The notes under the pieces were generated by a model, which searched no databases, had not been told where the DNA came from, and saw nothing but the letters and a program-made list of their open reading frames with translations. From Girardia tigrina (Eukaryota): a stretch of DNA of 52,597 nucleotides. The stretch is from assembly GCA_001938485.1 (NCBI GenBank), contig MQRK01246642.1:11678-64274 (forward strand), read 5' to 3'. Below, in pieces: positions 50,776 through 52,597 of this stretch. The number at the start of each line of letters is the position of its first letter. The stretch's first letter is position 1. Made by a program: the position numbers and the translations under genes.

Positions 50776-52320
50776 TTATTACCCAATAATATTTTCATAA
50801 ATAATAATCTTTATTCTCTTTGTCACCTTTTAAAGTAAATTATATTTATTAAAATTGTGAAAAATTGTATTATTCAAACAATTCAATAAAAAAAATTGCT
50901 GATGATGATGTATGTAAACATCGAAACATGTTCAATAATTATATAAAAAAGCTTTAATCAAATTATATTTTCGATATATATATATATATATATATAATTT
51001 TTTAAATTAAGATCTTTCAAACTAATCATTAAACAATATGTCTATACAATACCGTATTTAAAAGATGGTTATTTTAGTTCAACTATCTTTGATTACTAAG
51101 TATGGCTTTGTATAAATATCTATAAAATTAAGACACATAAAATTACAATCTAAAGAACCTTTTGCCTACCAAATTGAAGGAATTGATTCCCTAAAGGACA
51201 ACACATGTTTTCAGAACTTGAGACTGTTGTTACAAAAGAATATAATCCTAGTAGATCAATGAAGTAGTAACACGAAAAGTTAAAGCTTGTAATCTTAGAT
51301 CACAATACAAAAATGAGTAGAAGTAAAAATCAAATTAGTCACACTATTATGTTTTATTTTAAATAATTTTAATTTTTATAATTTTAATCATATAAACTTT
51401 TCCGGTTAAGTTTTACATAATCAAAAAACATGACAAAAAGTTAATAAATTAAAAATATTATTATGATAAAAAAAATGTTTAAGTCGTACTAAGCAATATC
51501 GTACAAAAATATGCCATTTTTTAACGAGGAATTGTAGATTCAGAAAGATTGAGTCACGATGAGTTCTTCTTTAGCACCAACGTTTGCATCAGTTTTTCTG
51601 AAGTCTCTTGATGAAAAAAATCAAAAAATACTCTGAGGAAAAACCTATACTGTAGAAAAGATATAAGGACGATATTGTTCTTTTTTAAACAAATTCTTCA
51701 TATAACTCTTCTTAAAAATCATTAATGTTCTTCATTCTAATATTACATTTACTACAGAATAACAAACTTCCTGTCTAGAAATTCTAGTAACTAGGATAAA
51801 TGTAAGATATCGAGCTGTATTATATTAATAAACAACAGAGTAAGGTCTCTACACAACTTCGTATGAAAAAGATAGGGAATATGATGAAAAGCTTACTTTA
51901 TTGAATTTAAAATCTGTGTTTCAAATTTAAAATCGCAGATCATGGTTTAAATATTCTTAGAGGACATTTAAGGACAGCATATACATAAATAAACAAATGA
52001 ATCACTATACTAAGGGTACATTGGACTAATTATGCATACAAACAAAGATTGAGAAAGAGTTAAAACATTAACGAGTAAAATCATAGTTTAGATATCCTTG
52101 GAGATCACTTGAGGGACATACAATCAAACAAAAAATAGAGAACAATATTATTGTAATAAATATATGAGTTCTCTTAACAGACTCAATACCATTAAAACAG
52201 ATGCGAAGCCCACATTGAAAAGACGTATCGTCATCTAAAAATCTGATTAGTGAGTATTCAAAATCGAGTAGATAGATTAAAGTTATTGATCATTAAATGT
52301 ATTTTTAACAATAAAACCTT
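50776..52320 (+). mobile_element. Degenerate Penelope-like element (pseudo-LTR, RT, GIY-YIG start)
   Basis: QKD*VTMSSSLAPTFASVFL, KRYKDDI (YKDD at 51662-51673), INVLHSNITFTTE, then CEAHIEKTYRHLK; hammerhead at the 5' end. Confidence 0.8.
50895..50936 (+). ncRNA. Minimal type-I hammerhead ribozyme (GUU site)
   Basis: AUUG CUGAUGA U GAUGU AUGUAA ACAUC GAAA CAUG UU^CAAU. Confidence 0.85.
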
Positions 52321-52385
52321 TTCTCTTTCAAAGGATGAATTTTCTATTCTTTAAAATATTTCGATTCAAATTACAAGTGGTAGAC

Positions 52386-52597
52386 CAGTGGTTTCCAACC
52401 TCTTTGGGTCCACGGACCCCTTTTCTTAGTCACAACTTGCCCATGGACCCCCTTTCATATTCAAAACTTTCTCAAAGACCTTGTGTTCCACCCGATCCCC
52501 GAGTTCGCCCGAGAACCTGACGGTGGTAGGAGAGGCACGCAGTGGATAAAAGTTCAGTCTCATTAGTAGGGGAAAAATGTATGTTCTCCACCACCCC
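52386..52597 (+). mobile_element. hAT (Charlie/Buster-type) left end
   Basis: CAGTGGTTTCCAACCT...GGACCCC repeats; the preceding 8-mer TGGTAGAC fits the nnnTAnnn target consensus. Confidence 0.65.

Overview
Very AT-rich eukaryotic (metazoan) scaffold with several N gaps, dominated by decayed transposable elements. The composition, the 51-nt intron and the mariner/Penelope richness suggest a planarian-like invertebrate, but this is inference only. One apparently intact host gene is present: a divergent two-exon cytosolic-type hsp70 (minus strand, 16413-14479, 627 aa) that has lost its EEVD tail. A 198-aa ORF (37627-38223) fuses a U-box-like N-terminus to the first ~100 aa of beta-tubulin and overlaps an out-of-frame syntaxin-8-like SNARE segment. 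TEs include five or six mariner copies (one with 132-bp TIRs nested in a MULE), a Tc1 deletion derivative, a pogo/Tigger remnant, hAT ends, MITEs, two Gypsy remnants, an RTE-like LINE with three C-terminal C2H2 fingers, a Polinton-type pPolB fragment and several Penelope-like elements. Self-cleaving RNA motifs can be read directly: three minimal type-I hammerheads of one family (34330, 34572, 50895), three degenerate ones of a second family, and a decayed HDV-like ribozyme (32979-33073). All family calls come from motif recognition by eye; no searches were run.
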